A stretch of DNA of 64,000 bases from the NCBI GenBank assembly GCA_036676985.1, contig JAKFBU010000061.1, positions 37,632 to 101,631 on the forward strand, written 5' to 3'. A program made the translations under genes and the position numbers. Positions 37,888-47,716 of this stretch are shown here, one piece after another. Positions within the stretch are counted from its first letter, which is position 1. Every line of letters begins with the position of its first letter. The stretch is from Candidatus Sericytochromatia bacterium. GTDB taxonomy: Bacteria; Cyanobacteriota; Sericytochromatia; S15B-MN24; UBA4093. The notes under the pieces are model-generated. The model searched no databases and had not been told where the DNA came from. It saw nothing but the letters and a program-made list of their open reading frames with translations.

Positions 37888-38976
37888 CTACTCGTGGCTG
37901 ACGTAGACGGGGAAGCCCTCGCGGTTGCAGAGATCCACGCGCCGGGCGGCCTTCAGGTCCTCGGCGACCATCTCGTAGACGAGCTGCTCGAAGGTGGTGC
38001 GAGGCTGCCACCCGAGCTTGGACTGGGCCTTGTCGGGATCGCCGAGCAAGGTCTCGACCTCGGTGGGCCGGAAGTAGCGGGGATCCACCTCGACCAGCAC
38101 CTCGCCGGTCTCGGCGTTCACGCCCTTCTCCTCGAGGCCGGTACCCGTCCACTCCAGGAAGATGCCGACCTCCTTGAAGGCCGTCTCGACGAACTGGCGC
38201 ACCGAGTACTGGCGCCCGGTGGCGATGACGTAGTCGTCCGGCTCGGGCTGCTGGAGCATGAGGTGCATGGCCTCCACGTAGTCCCGGGCATGGCCCCAGT
38301 CGCGCAGGGCGTCCAGGTTGCCGAGGAAGAGCTTGTCCTGCAGGCCGAGGCTGATCTGGGCCACCGCGCGGGTGATCTTGCGGGTGACGAAGGTCTCGCC
38401 GCGGTTGGGGCTCTCGTGGTTGAAGAGGATGCCGTTCGAGGCGTGGATGCCGTAGGCCTCGCGGTAGTTGACGGTGATCCAGTAGGCGTAGAGCTTGGCG
38501 ACGGCATAGGGGCTGCGCGGATAGAATGGCGTGGACTCGGCCTGGGGAATGGCCTGGACCTTGCCGTAGAGCTCCGAGGTCGAGGCCTGGTAGAAGCGGG
38601 TCTTCTTGTCGAGGCCCAGGATCCGGATGGCCTCGAGGAGGCGCAGGGTGCCGAGGGCGTCGGCGTTCGCCGTGTACTCGGGGGTCTCGAAGGAGACCTG
38701 GACATGGCTCATGGCGGCCAGGTTGTAGATCTCGTCCGGCTGGGCCTCCTGCACGATCCGGATCAGGTTGGTGCTGTCCGTGAGATCGCCGTAGTGCAGG
38801 AAGAGCCGGCGGTCGGGATCGTGCGGATCCTGGTAGAGGTGGTCGATACGGTCGGTGTTGAGCAGGGATCCGCGGCGCTTGAGACCATGGACGACATACC
38901 CCTTGTCGAGCAGGAGTTCGGCGAGGTAGCTGCCGTCTTGGCCGGTGATCCCCGTGATGAGAGCGGTCTTCTTCAA
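37888..38976 (-). CDS. gmd: GDP-mannose 4,6-dehydratase
   Basis: [47 protein letters not shown]; TTG start after GGAGGAG. Confidence 0.96.
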   Translation of the reverse strand: MKKTALITGITGQDGSYLAELLLDKGYVVHGLKRRGSLLNTDRIDHLYQDPHDPDRRLFLHYGDLTDSTNLIRIVQEAQPDEIYNLAAMSHVQVSFETPEYTANADALGTLRLLEAIRILGLDKKTRFYQASTSELYGKVQAIPQAESTPFYPRSPYAVAKLYAYWITVNYREAYGIHASNGILFNHESPNRGETFVTRKITRAVAQISLGLQDKLFLGNLDALRDWGHARDYVEAMHLMLQQPEPDDYVIATGRQYSVRQFVETAFKEVGIFLEWTGTGLEEKGVNAETGEVLVEVDPRYFRPTEVETLLGDPDKAQSKLGWQPRTTFEQLVYEMVAEDLKAARRVDLCNREGFPVYVSHE

Positions 38977-39257
38977 GGGCTCCTCCGTTTCGTTCTACAG
39001 GGTGGCTGCGTAGCGGTCAGGGTCTTGGCGAGGCGCACGGCAACAGCGCCCGGCTTGCGGCCGGCCGTTCGAGGCGCGCCATCAGGGATTTGGTTGGGAT
39101 GCACTCCGGGTGATGGACCTTATTTATAACAACCGATCGAGCGTCCTTGGATGGGAGCTTTTGACAAGGTTGGGTAGGTGGTTTCGATAAGTCAATCCGC
39201 CCCGGGCTCCGGGACGAATTGCACATGGGGGGCGCGCGGCCGGGGCCGGCAGCCCAT

Positions 39258-39287
39258 TTGACATTTGGTTCTAATTAGAAGTATCAT
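39258..39287 (+). promoter_or_regulatory. sigma70 promoter of marR overlapping a palindromic operator
   Basis: TTGACA-N18-TATCAT; TGGTTC-TAATTA-GAAGTA at 39266-39283. Confidence 0.7.
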
Positions 39288-39293
39288 CCCCCC

Positions 39294-39752
39294 ATGTCCG
39301 ATTCACCGTATAGTCAGGCCCCTGAGCCCTTTTTGCGCACCCTGCGTGCCCTGGTCGAGACCAGCCGGCACGTCGAGGCCGTCGGCAACCGCCACATCGA
39401 GCAGATGGGGCTGACCCCGGCGCAGTTCGACGTGATCGCCACGCTCGGCGACACGCCCGGCATGACCTGCAAGCAGCTGGGGGCGGGCACCCTCATCACC
39501 AAGGGGACGCTCACGGGCGTGCTGGATCGGCTTGAGGCCAAGGGTCTCATCAGCCGGGTGCGCGGCGAGCAGGACACCCGTCAGACCTTCATCGCGCTCA
39601 CGCCCGCGGGCGAGGCGGTCTTCACGGCGACCTTCCAGCCTCAGATCGACTACATCGGCACCTTCATGAACCGCATGCCGGCCGAGCGACAGGCCCGGCT
39701 CATCGAGCTCCTGAACGAGCTCCGGGCTGCTTTTGGTCCCGAAGACGAGTAG
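39294..39752 (+). CDS. MarR-family transcriptional regulator
   Basis: GLTPAQFDVI...TKGTLTGVLDRLEAKGLI.R...DTR...LTPAG winged helix-turn-helix. Confidence 0.92.
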   Translation: MSDSPYSQAPEPFLRTLRALVETSRHVEAVGNRHIEQMGLTPAQFDVIATLGDTPGMTCKQLGAGTLITKGTLTGVLDRLEAKGLISRVRGEQDTRQTFIALTPAGEAVFTATFQPQIDYIGTFMNRMPAERQARLIELLNELRAAFGPEDE

Positions 39753-39756
39753 GGTC

Positions 39757-39809
39757 TTGACAGATAGTTCGACGTAGGACTATCATCCACACAGTTCTAG
39801 TCCGAACTA
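39757..39809 (+). promoter_or_regulatory. sigma70 promoter of yceI with two operator copies
   Basis: TTGACA-N18-TATCAT; TAGTTC-N6-GGACTA (39765-39782) and CAGTTC-N6-GAACTA (39792-39809). Confidence 0.72.
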
Positions 39810-39827
39810 TCTAGCTGAGGAGATTTC

Positions 39828-40439
39828 ATGTCCAAGAAGATCGCTGCGCTTTCGCTGGCGCTTGCCGCTTCCCTCTCGATCGCCGCGGGCGCCCAGGCGC
39901 GTCCCTTCAAGGTGTCGCCCGACGTCCACTCGCTCAACGAGGCCGTCTTCCACTCGAAGGCCGCCATCGTCAAGATGACGGGCCGTACGAGCAAGGTGGA
40001 GGGCGAGGGCGAGATCGACATCGACAACCCCGCCAAGAACCCCAAGGGCGTCGTGACGGTCGACGTGTCGTCATTCGACACCGGCATCGGCCTGCGCAAC
40101 GAGCACATGCGCGGCGCGATCGAGGCCGACAAGTACCCCACGGCCACCTTCAAGGTCAAGGCCCTCAAGGCCCCCAAGCTGGTCGCCAACAACCCGGTCG
40201 AAGGCACCGTCACCGGTGATCTGACCTTCCACGGCGTGACCAAGACCGTCACCGCTCCGGTGAGCCTGACCTACCTGCCCGAGGCCGACAAGAACTACCG
40301 TCCCGGCGACTGGGTCCAGGTTTCGACCGCCTTCAAGCTCAAGCTGACGGACTACGGCCTCAAGCTGCCCGGCCTGCTCGGCCAGAAGGTCGCCGACGAG
40401 CTCGCCATCCAGCTCGAGGGCATGGCCAAGGGCATCTAG
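39828..40439 (+). CDS. YceI-family secreted lipid/polyisoprenoid-binding protein
   Basis: Signal peptide ending AQA; DTGIGLRNEHM, ADKYPTATF, GDLTFHGVTK, DYG. Confidence 0.9.
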   Translation: MSKKIAALSLALAASLSIAAGAQARPFKVSPDVHSLNEAVFHSKAAIVKMTGRTSKVEGEGEIDIDNPAKNPKGVVTVDVSSFDTGIGLRNEHMRGAIEADKYPTATFKVKALKAPKLVANNPVEGTVTGDLTFHGVTKTVTAPVSLTYLPEADKNYRPGDWVQVSTAFKLKLTDYGLKLPGLLGQKVADELAIQLEGMAKGI

Positions 40440-40459
40440 TCTCCTCAGCCTCTCTGCTA

Positions 40460-40505
40460 CACGCGAAGAGCGCCGGATCGCTTGCGATCCGGCGCTCTTC
40501 GTGTG
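40460..40505 (+). terminator. Intrinsic terminator after yceI
   Basis: CGAAGAGCGCCGGATCGC-tt-GCGATCCGGCGCTCTTCG stem followed by TGTGTTT. Confidence 0.75.
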
Positions 40506-40586
40506 TTTGCCTGGATGGTCTGGGCTCCCAGGGACGCCGCCTGAAGCGGCACGTCGACCCGGTCGCCGCCCTCGCGACGGCCTACT

Positions 40587-40723
40587 CTGGATTCCCGCTT
40601 CCGCGGGAATGACGGGAGCGCCTATTCACGGTTCACGGGCAAGCCCCGGTCAGGCGTCCCGTGGGAATCGTGCGATCAGGGCCAAGTCGGCACTCCCGTC
40701 ACCCCCGCGAACGCGGGGGGCCA
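40587..40723. repeat. Composite REP/dRS3-like element, copy C (inverted, longer spacer)
   Basis: CTGGATTCCCGCTTCCGCGGGAATGACGGGAGCG...CTCCCGTCACCCCCGCGAACGCGGGGGCCAG. Confidence 0.85.
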
Positions 40724-40781
40724 GGGCAGGGCTTACGGTAGCCGTCGGTTTTTTGCGAGTGACGGCTCGCGTCTGGATGCC

Positions 40782-42251
40782 CTACGACCCCACCACGTAC
40801 ACGGGCTCCTGGCTCACGTCCAGGGTGACGGATTGGCCGTTGAAGCCAGCCGCGATCGACTTGCCGAGCTTTTCCAGCACCGTGCCCGCCCCCAGGGGCA
40901 GGGTGAGCTTCACGTTGCCGCCGGTGGCCCAGACCACGTAGAGCGGCTTGCCGTCCGAGCGGACGAAGCGATAACCCTGGATGCCCGCCTCGTTCAGCGG
41001 GGCCTCCAGCTTGGCGCCCGTCAGCTGCCGGGCGGCGACCTGGTAGGCCGTGTAGCCCAGGGTCTTCTGCGAGAGCGTCCCCTGGTCGACGAGCCCGATG
41101 TTGTCGTGACCCGGGTTGGTGAAGACGGCCCACTGGACCATGGAGATGTCGCCCTGGGCCAGGGCCGCGGCGAAGAGCTTCGTGACGTAGCTCGCCTGCT
41201 CCCCCTGCTGGTTTGCGGACATGCCCGTCTCGGAGCAGGCGAACGTCTTGCCCGTGACGCCCTTGTCCGCGAGCACCTGCTTCATGGCACGGTACCGGCC
41301 GAGGAAGCCCCAGTCCGAGTTCAGGACGCCGTTGGAGGTCGCCTTGTCCGAGCCGTAGGCGTGGAAGTCCACCACGTCGAAGTAGGGAGCGCCCCCCTGG
41401 TCCAGGATGGCCTTCAGGTAGGAGGGGTGGCCGAGGCCGCCGAGCGTGACCCCGGCCGCGGGATCGATACCCTTGACGATGGTGTGGCTGACCTTGAGGA
41501 GCCGCACGTAGTCCTGGACGGAACCTGCCCAGTAGCGGGTCCCCCCGCCCGAGCCCGTGGTGCCGGCCGTGAGGTCGCCCGACGGGAAGTCCGGCTCGTT
41601 CCAGACCTGCCAGTACTGGATCTTGCCCTTGTAGCGCGTGACCATGTCGAACATGTAGTCCGCGTAGTAGTTGTCGGCGTTGGCGCTGACGCCCGGCTTG
41701 TAGACGTCCGTGCCGTCCGAGAAGATGGGCGCGTTGAGCCCCTTGGGGACGGTGTACTTGCCGAGCGAGTTGGCATCCCAGCCGGTCTTGCCGGCGTAGG
41801 CGGGGTCCGAGGAGGCCCAGTCCGGGGTGTCCGTCACCATGGCCTGCACGACGGTGCCCATCTTGGCGAACTCGACGGCCTTCTGGTCGAAGTAGTCCAT
41901 CCACGAGACGTACTGGTGCTTGTTGACCTCGACGTTCTTCCAGTTCCAGCCCTCGCGGATGGTGGTCATGCCCAGGTCCCGCATGAGGGCGTAGCCCGCC
42001 GTGTGCGTGTTGTCGCTGCCGCGCGGAACGCTCTGGTTGCCGAAGAGCGTGCTGCCGGATGCGACCGCACTCGGGACGCGGCCCTGGTTGGCCGGGAACC
42101 CGGGCAGGGTCGAGAAGTCGGGGGTGGACGGGAGGGTCGCCGCGGCGCCGCAGGCGCTCACGAGGAGCGTGCCGAGCAGCACGGGCAGCAAGGACGGGAA
42201 ACGCGGAATCAGGGGCCTCTTTCTAGGAAATGGCTGTGACGCCCCTTTCAT
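40782..42251 (-). CDS. Clan GH-A glycoside hydrolase lipoprotein (GH39/GH5-like)
   Basis: VSAC lipobox; WQVWNEPD (acid/base), DFHAY, SETG (nucleophile); start position uncertain. Confidence 0.8.
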   Translation of the reverse strand: MKGASQPFPRKRPLIPRFPSLLPVLLGTLLVSACGAAATLPSTPDFSTLPGFPANQGRVPSAVASGSTLFGNQSVPRGSDNTHTAGYALMRDLGMTTIREGWNWKNVEVNKHQYVSWMDYFDQKAVEFAKMGTVVQAMVTDTPDWASSDPAYAGKTGWDANSLGKYTVPKGLNAPIFSDGTDVYKPGVSANADNYYADYMFDMVTRYKGKIQYWQVWNEPDFPSGDLTAGTTGSGGGTRYWAGSVQDYVRLLKVSHTIVKGIDPAAGVTLGGLGHPSYLKAILDQGGAPYFDVVDFHAYGSDKATSNGVLNSDWGFLGRYRAMKQVLADKGVTGKTFACSETGMSANQQGEQASYVTKLFAAALAQGDISMVQWAVFTNPGHDNIGLVDQGTLSQKTLGYTAYQVAARQLTGAKLEAPLNEAGIQGYRFVRSDGKPLYVVWATGGNVKLTLPLGAGTVLEKLGKSIAAGFNGQSVTLDVSQEPVYVVGS

Positions 42252-42511
42252 ACCCCTGGAGATCCGCATCCTCTGGGGTTCCTTGGCAGCTGCGCAGGCC
42301 CCAAGGCGGGGCTGGGCGCCCGTTTGAGGAATTCTCGGCGATGCGTCGGCTCGCACCGGGCCCGGGGCGGGGCCTCCGTCCATGGCGGCGACCAAGAGCC
42401 CTGCCGCGGTGCGAAGCCGGAACGCCCCGACAAGGCTCGATTTGCTGTGTTCAACCCTCGGCCTCGGGGACTAGGATCGGGCCACGACAGGACATGGAGA
42501 GGAGGCATCCG

Positions 42512-42754
42512 ATGGCCGATACCAAGGGACGCATGGAGCGGGGCGGCATGAGCTCCGCCATGGGCGGGCCGGACACGGCGAAGACCCAGTCCCGCCAGCT
42601 GCCCAGCGGGCTCAGGACCGAGGGCCACCCGGCGGACATGGAGCGGAGCGTCAAGGCCGAGGTCGAGGCGCGCGGGGTCAAGGTGGGCAGCGAGGACTTC
42701 GACGCCATCACGGGCGCGAGCCCGCATGTGGGCCCGACCGCCGGCGGCGGCTAG
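42512..42754 (+). CDS. Small hydrophilic hypothetical protein (80 aa)
   Basis: Strong RBS GGAGAGGAGG, coding-type codon usage, hairpin downstream. Confidence 0.65.
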   Translation: MADTKGRMERGGMSSAMGGPDTAKTQSRQLPSGLRTEGHPADMERSVKAEVEARGVKVGSEDFDAITGASPHVGPTAGGG

Positions 42755-42780
42755 GTAGGCCCATGCGGGATCCACACGAA

Positions 42781-42810
42781 CAGCGCCCCGACCGTGCGGT
42801 CGGGGCGCTG
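42781..42810. terminator. Hairpin between convergent genes
   Basis: CAGCGCCCCGACCG-tg-CGGTCGGGGCGCTG. Confidence 0.65.
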
Positions 42811-42823
42811 CGACTTGGGGTGG

Positions 42824-43102
42824 TTAGGCCCGCTGAGCCTGGAAGCAGGTCCGGCAGAGGACCGGCTTGCCCGAGGTCGGCTCGAAGGGCACCTGGGTCG
42901 GGCTGGAGCACGACGCGCAGACGGCGTCATGCATCACCCGAGGAGCCCCACCGCCCGCGGGGGCGGGACCGCCCTGGCCGGCCGGAGCCGGGGGACGGGG
43001 AGAGGGACGACCACCACGACCGGAAGGACGACGCTTCTTGTACTTCTGAGCGTACTCGAGGTTACGCTTCGCTTTTTCCTGTTTGGTGTTGTTCTTACCC
43101 AC
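42824..43102 (-). CDS. CxxC-x17-CxxC domain protein with basic N-terminus
   Basis: MHDAVCASCSSPTQVPFEPTSGKPVLCRTCF; GTG start. Confidence 0.8.
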   Translation of the reverse strand: MGKNNTKQEKAKRNLEYAQKYKKRRPSGRGGRPSPRPPAPAGQGGPAPAGGGAPRVMHDAVCASCSSPTQVPFEPTSGKPVLCRTCFQAQRA

Positions 43103-43110
43103 GAGCCTTC

Positions 43111-43422
43111 TTACCTCCGGAAGCAGTCACGGCAGTAGACCGGCTTCGCTCCGTTCGGCTTGAAGGGAACCTGGGTCTGGACGCCGCACTGATCGCACGT
43201 GACATCGTACATCTGGCGATCGCCAGTGGCGGAACGGGGGCGAGCGCCACCGAAGCCACCGGTGCTCTGGCCGCGAGCCTGCTTGGCAGCAGCGCGGCAG
43301 GGCTTGCAGCGGCGGGGCGGGGACGAGAAGCCCTTCTCCGCGTAGAACTCCTGCTCGGAAGCAGTGAAGGGGAACTGGGTACCGCAGTCAACGCACGTGA
43401 TGGACTGATCAGTGAAAGACAT
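43111..43422 (-). CDS. Zinc-ribbon plus CxxC-x17-CxxC domain protein
   Basis: DQSITCVDCGTQFPFTASEQEFYAEKGF..PRRCKPCR and MYDVTCDQCG...VPFKP...PVYCRDCF; AAGGA RBS. Confidence 0.9.
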   Translation of the reverse strand: MSFTDQSITCVDCGTQFPFTASEQEFYAEKGFSSPPRRCKPCRAAAKQARGQSTGGFGGARPRSATGDRQMYDVTCDQCGVQTQVPFKPNGAKPVYCRDCFRR

Positions 43423-43627
43423 CGTTCTTCCTTTTCGAGGGAGGGGGGACAAGACCCTCCTTTTAGATAAGACGGGCATCCACTGGCGGAGCCGAGTGAA
43501 TACCCGTCAACCTTCAAACTATTTTTGTCCACGACTAGTTTACCATAAGAAACAGCAAACCCGCATAGGGAGTTCCTTCGATCTCCGTTGTGCGTGGGTC
43601 ACAGCGGGCCAGCAGCCGCGCGGGGCC

Positions 43628-43858
43628 TCACAGCGCGCCCATCGCCGTGCCGCGCTGCGGGTTGCCCTGGCGGCCGCCGCGGGAGTCGTCCCGGTGCTCT
43701 CCGCCGCCGCCGCCGGCGGGCGCCACCTGGCTCTGATCCTGTTCGGTGTTGCCTTGGCGGCCGCCGTCGGAGCCGCCTCCGCCCCCGCGCTCCATGCCCG
43801 CCATGCACCCCGCGAGGGCGCCGGTCAGGGCCAGGGCGAGGGTCAGTCGCATGATCAT
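43628..43858 (-). CDS. Small Gly-rich lipoprotein
   Basis: GAGGAGG RBS; LTLALALTGALAGC lipobox; disordered tail with GGRQGN repeated twice. Confidence 0.6.
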   Translation of the reverse strand: MIMRLTLALALTGALAGCMAGMERGGGGGSDGGRQGNTEQDQSQVAPAGGGGGEHRDDSRGGRQGNPQRGTAMGAL

Positions 43859-44017
43859 GTCCTACCTCCTCGAACCGCCGGGAGCCCTCCTCCGGGAGGG
43901 AGCGATCGACAGGTCGGAGCGTACCGCCGATCCGCCGCCCGCCGCCGCTCCAAAACGGAGAACTTGAGGCTCGCTCGCCTGGCTGCTGCACGGGGCCCGG
44001 TGTGCGACAATGGGCCC

Positions 44018-45250
44018 ATGAGCTCCCTGTCCGAACCGGCCGCGGCCCACCAAGCGCCGCCCGTGCCCTGGCGCCGCAACCTGGCGGTCTGCTGGCTGGG
44101 ATCCTTCGTCACGGCGGTTGGCATGTGCCTGGTCATGCCCTTCTTGCCCCTGTACATCGCCGAGCTGGGCGTGCACGACGTCGCGGCCGTCGAGGTCTGG
44201 TCGGGGGTGGCCTTCGGGGCCACCTTCGTGCTCGCGGCCCTCATGGCCCCCGTCTACGGCCGGCTCGCGGACCGCTACGGCCGCAAGCTCATGCTGCTGC
44301 GGGCGAGCCTCGGCATGGCGGTGGTCTTCGCCCTGACGGGCTGGGTGGAGAACGTCTGGCAGCTGACCTTGCTGCGCCTCCTGATGGGGGCCGTCAGCGG
44401 CTACGTCTCCACGGCGACCATCCTGGTGGCGACCCAGGCCCCCAAGGAGCGCTCCGGCTGGGCGCTCGGCCTCCTGTCCACGGGGTTCGTGACGGGCTCC
44501 TTGATCGGTCCCTTGCTCGGAGGCGTCCTGGCCGAGACCATCGGCCTCCGCCCCGTCTTCTGGGTGACGGGGGCGCTCCTCTTCGTCACGTTCCTCTTGA
44601 CATGGGCCCTGGTGGTGGAGACCTGGGAGCCGCGCAAGGAGCCTCCTCCCGCGCGCAGGGACCTCTGGCGCCTGGTCGCGAACCCGACCGCGGTCTGGGT
44701 GGTCTTTATCAGCTCGGCCATGGTGCAGGTGAGCGCCTTTGCCATCGAGCCCATCGTCACCGTCTACGTCCAGGCCCTCGCCCACACCTCCCGGCACGTC
44801 CCGCTCATGGCAGGCGCGGTGGTGGGGGCCATGGGCCTCGCGGCCCTCGCGGCCGCCCCGTGGCTCGGTCGCCTGAGCGACCGGATCGGCCCCCGGACGG
44901 TGCTCGTCGGAGCGCTCGTCGCCACGGCTCTCTTCACCGTGCCGCAGGCCTTCGTGCAGACCCCGTGGCAGCTCCTCGGCTGGCGCTTCATGATGGGCGT
45001 CGCGAGCGCGGCCCTGGCGCCCGCCCTGGGCAAGCTCCTGCGCGAGCTGGTGCCCGAGGAGGCGTCGGGCCGGTTCTTCGGCTACCAGCAAGCGGCGCAG
45101 TACGTGGGCAATATCACGGGCCCGCTCCTGGGCGGCGTGCTAGCTGCCCGGTCCGGCATCCCGGCGGTCTTTCTGGCGACAAGCGCCCTGCTCCTCGTCA
45201 ACGCCCTGGGCGTGGCGGCCCTCTCGGCCTACGGGCGGCGTCACGCCTGA
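44018..45250 (+). CDS. MFS multidrug efflux transporter (MdtG/DHA1-like)
   Basis: [22 protein letters not shown] motif A, GPLLGG, 12 TM helices. Confidence 0.9.
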   Translation: MSSLSEPAAAHQAPPVPWRRNLAVCWLGSFVTAVGMCLVMPFLPLYIAELGVHDVAAVEVWSGVAFGATFVLAALMAPVYGRLADRYGRKLMLLRASLGMAVVFALTGWVENVWQLTLLRLLMGAVSGYVSTATILVATQAPKERSGWALGLLSTGFVTGSLIGPLLGGVLAETIGLRPVFWVTGALLFVTFLLTWALVVETWEPRKEPPPARRDLWRLVANPTAVWVVFISSAMVQVSAFAIEPIVTVYVQALAHTSRHVPLMAGAVVGAMGLAALAAAPWLGRLSDRIGPRTVLVGALVATALFTVPQAFVQTPWQLLGWRFMMGVASAALAPALGKLLRELVPEEASGRFFGYQQAAQYVGNITGPLLGGVLAARSGIPAVFLATSALLLVNALGVAALSAYGRRHA

Positions 45251-45371
45251 GGCTCGGCGCAGGCCGAGCGAGGTCTGCTTTCAGGAGATCCGGTCGGCGG
45301 GCAGAGCCCCGGCCAACATCTTGCGGGGCGGGGCCGGGGGGACCATACTGGGTCCCGCAAGGAGGGCCGCC

Positions 45372-46223
45372 ATGAGTCCATCGTTCCAATCGGACTTCCC
45401 CGAGACCCGAACCCGCCGGGCGCCCATGGAGCACCGCCCGCTCGGGGCGAGCGGGGTCGTGCTCCCCGTCATCGGGCTCGGGACCTGGCAGACCTTCGAC
45501 CTTCCCGAGAGCGAGCTCGGGACGGCCGCTGCGGTCGTCGGGACGGCCTTCGAGCACGGCGTCCGGCTCGTGGACTCGTCGCCCATGTACGGGCGGGCGG
45601 AGGCGATCCTGGGCCAGGGCCTGGGCGATCGCCGCCTTGCGGCCTTCGTGGCGACCAAGATCTGGACGCCGTCGGTCGCCGAGGGACGGCGCCAGTTCGA
45701 GGCGCAGCTGGGCTTCTACGGGGGGCGCGTGGATCTCGAGCAGGTGCACAACCTGCTCGCCTGGGAGCAGCAACTCGACTGGCTCGAGACCGAGCGTGCG
45801 GCCGGTCGCATCGGCCTCCTCGGCGCCACGCACTACCGCTCCGCGGCCTTTCCGGAGCTTGCCCGGATCATGCGCACGGGCCGGATCCAGGCGATCCAGA
45901 TCCCCTACAACCCCCTCGAGCGCGAGGTCGAGCGGGAGATCCTGCCCCTCGCCGCGGAGCTGGGGCTGGGCGTCATCGCCATGCGGCCCTTCGGCGAGGG
46001 CAACCTCTTGCCGGGGCCCGACCCCGCCGAGCTCGCGCCCCTGGGCGTGGAGAGCTGGTCGGAGGCGCTCTTGAAGTGGTGCCTCTCGGATCCCCGCATC
46101 ACGGCGGCGATCCCGGCGACGAGCAAGCCGGCTCACATGGCCCAGAACGCCCGGGCGGGCAGCGGCCCGTGGTTCGGCCCCGAGGAGCGCCGCCTGGTCG
46201 AGCGGCTGGCCATGGGGCGCTAG
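45372..46223 (+). CDS. Aldo/keto reductase
   Basis: IGLGTW, DSSPMYG, ATK, DLEQVHN, QIPYN, IPATSK..H..QN. Confidence 0.9.
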   Translation: MSPSFQSDFPETRTRRAPMEHRPLGASGVVLPVIGLGTWQTFDLPESELGTAAAVVGTAFEHGVRLVDSSPMYGRAEAILGQGLGDRRLAAFVATKIWTPSVAEGRRQFEAQLGFYGGRVDLEQVHNLLAWEQQLDWLETERAAGRIGLLGATHYRSAAFPELARIMRTGRIQAIQIPYNPLEREVEREILPLAAELGLGVIAMRPFGEGNLLPGPDPAELAPLGVESWSEALLKWCLSDPRITAAIPATSKPAHMAQNARAGSGPWFGPEERRLVERLAMGR

Positions 46224-46266
46224 CCGGGGCGCCCGCAAGATCGACGCTCCCCTCACGCTGCTCGCA

Positions 46267-46296
46267 TTGACATCGATCCGAGCGAGCTTCTAGAAT
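46267..46296 (+). promoter_or_regulatory. sigma70 promoter upstream of GT4
   Basis: TTGACA-N18-TAGAAT. Confidence 0.65.
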
Positions 46297-46510
46297 TCAA
46301 TCAGCCTTTCGGGCCCGCGGGGAACGCCCTGGCGCGCGTGCGCTCAGGACCGCCCCGCGGGCGCCTTGCGATCGAAACCCCAGCGAACGAACCCCACGAC
46401 CGGAACGGGACTCCGTCTCGTCCGGCATGCTCCCGGCTGCCCCTGGCGTGCCGGGCCGACCGTATCCAGCCGCGGCCCAGAGCAGGCGTCGCCGGACAAG
46501 GAGGGGGAGC

Positions 46511-47713
46511 TTGCGGATCCTGTTGCTCCACAATCGCTATCAACAGGCCGGCGGAGAAGACGTGGTGGTCGCGGCCGAGCGGGACCTGCTCGCGGCGCAT
46601 GGGCATCCGGTGGCCCTCGTCGAGGCGGACAACGACGACCTCGTCGGGGTGGCGGGGCTCGCGCGGGCCGGCCTGGGCGCCGTCTACTCCCGCTCCGCCC
46701 GACGCTGGATCGAGGCCGAGATCGCCCGCTTCCGGCCGGACGTCGTCCACGTCCACAACTTCTTCCCGCTCCTCTCGCCGTCGGTCTACGACGCCTGTCG
46801 CGCCTTGGGCGTGCCGGTGGTGCAGACCCTCCACAACTACCGCCTGACGTGTCCCAACGCCATTCTCTACCGCGCGGGCAAGGTCTGCGAGGACTGTCTC
46901 GGCAAGCCCTTGCCCTGGCCCGGCGTCATGCGCGGGTGTTACCGGGACAGCCGGGTGCAGAGCGCGGTGGTGGCCGCGATGATCGCCGGCCATCGGCTGC
47001 GCGGCACCTGGCGCGAGCGGGTCGACGCCTTCATCGCCCTGACCTCCTTCCAGCGTGACCTGCTCCTGAAGGCGGGCCTTCCGCCCGAGAAGCTGCACGT
47101 CAAGCCCAACTTCACCTTCGAGCCGGGGCCCCGCCGGATCGATGCGGCGCCCGAGGCCTTCGCCCTCTTCGTGGGCCGCCTGTCGGAGGAAAAGGGCCTT
47201 TCGACTGTTATCGAGGCCTATCAGCGCCATGGGATCCAGGTGCCCCTGTGGATCGTGGGCGACGGCCCCATGCGCCCGTTCCTAGAGGCCCATGCCGCCG
47301 GGCTGAATCAGGTGCTGTTCCTGGGCCGCCGTCCCCATGAGGACGTGCTGGAGTTCATGCGTCAGGCCCGGTTCCTCGTGTTTCCGTCCAACTGGTACGA
47401 GACCTTCGGCCTGGCGATCATCGAGGCCTTTTCCGTGGGGCTGCCGGTGGTGGCCTCCCGCCTGGGCGCCATCCCCGAGCTGCTCGCGGGCGGCGAGCGC
47501 GGCTGGCTCGTCGACCCCGACGATCCGGCGGCCTGGGCGACGGCCCTCAAGACGGCCGACGAGGATCACGCGGGACGAGCCAGGCGGGCTGTGGCCGCGC
47601 GCGAGGCCTTCGAGCGGCACTTCGGTCCCGAGGAGAACTACCGTCTGCTCCTGGACATCTACCGGAGCGTCGACCGGGCGGCGCAGAGCCCGTTGGCCCC
47701 GGCCGCCCCCTGA
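46511..47713 (+). CDS. Glycosyltransferase family 4, paralog of 30174-31367
   Basis: TTG start after AAGGAGG; HNRYQQAGGED, YRLTCP...CEDC...CYRDS, VGRLSEEKG, WYETFGLAIIEA. Confidence 0.9.
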   Translation: MRILLLHNRYQQAGGEDVVVAAERDLLAAHGHPVALVEADNDDLVGVAGLARAGLGAVYSRSARRWIEAEIARFRPDVVHVHNFFPLLSPSVYDACRALGVPVVQTLHNYRLTCPNAILYRAGKVCEDCLGKPLPWPGVMRGCYRDSRVQSAVVAAMIAGHRLRGTWRERVDAFIALTSFQRDLLLKAGLPPEKLHVKPNFTFEPGPRRIDAAPEAFALFVGRLSEEKGLSTVIEAYQRHGIQVPLWIVGDGPMRPFLEAHAAGLNQVLFLGRRPHEDVLEFMRQARFLVFPSNWYETFGLAIIEAFSVGLPVVASRLGAIPELLAGGERGWLVDPDDPAAWATALKTADEDHAGRARRAVAAREAFERHFGPEENYRLLLDIYRSVDRAAQSPLAPAAP

Positions 47714-47716
47714 CGC

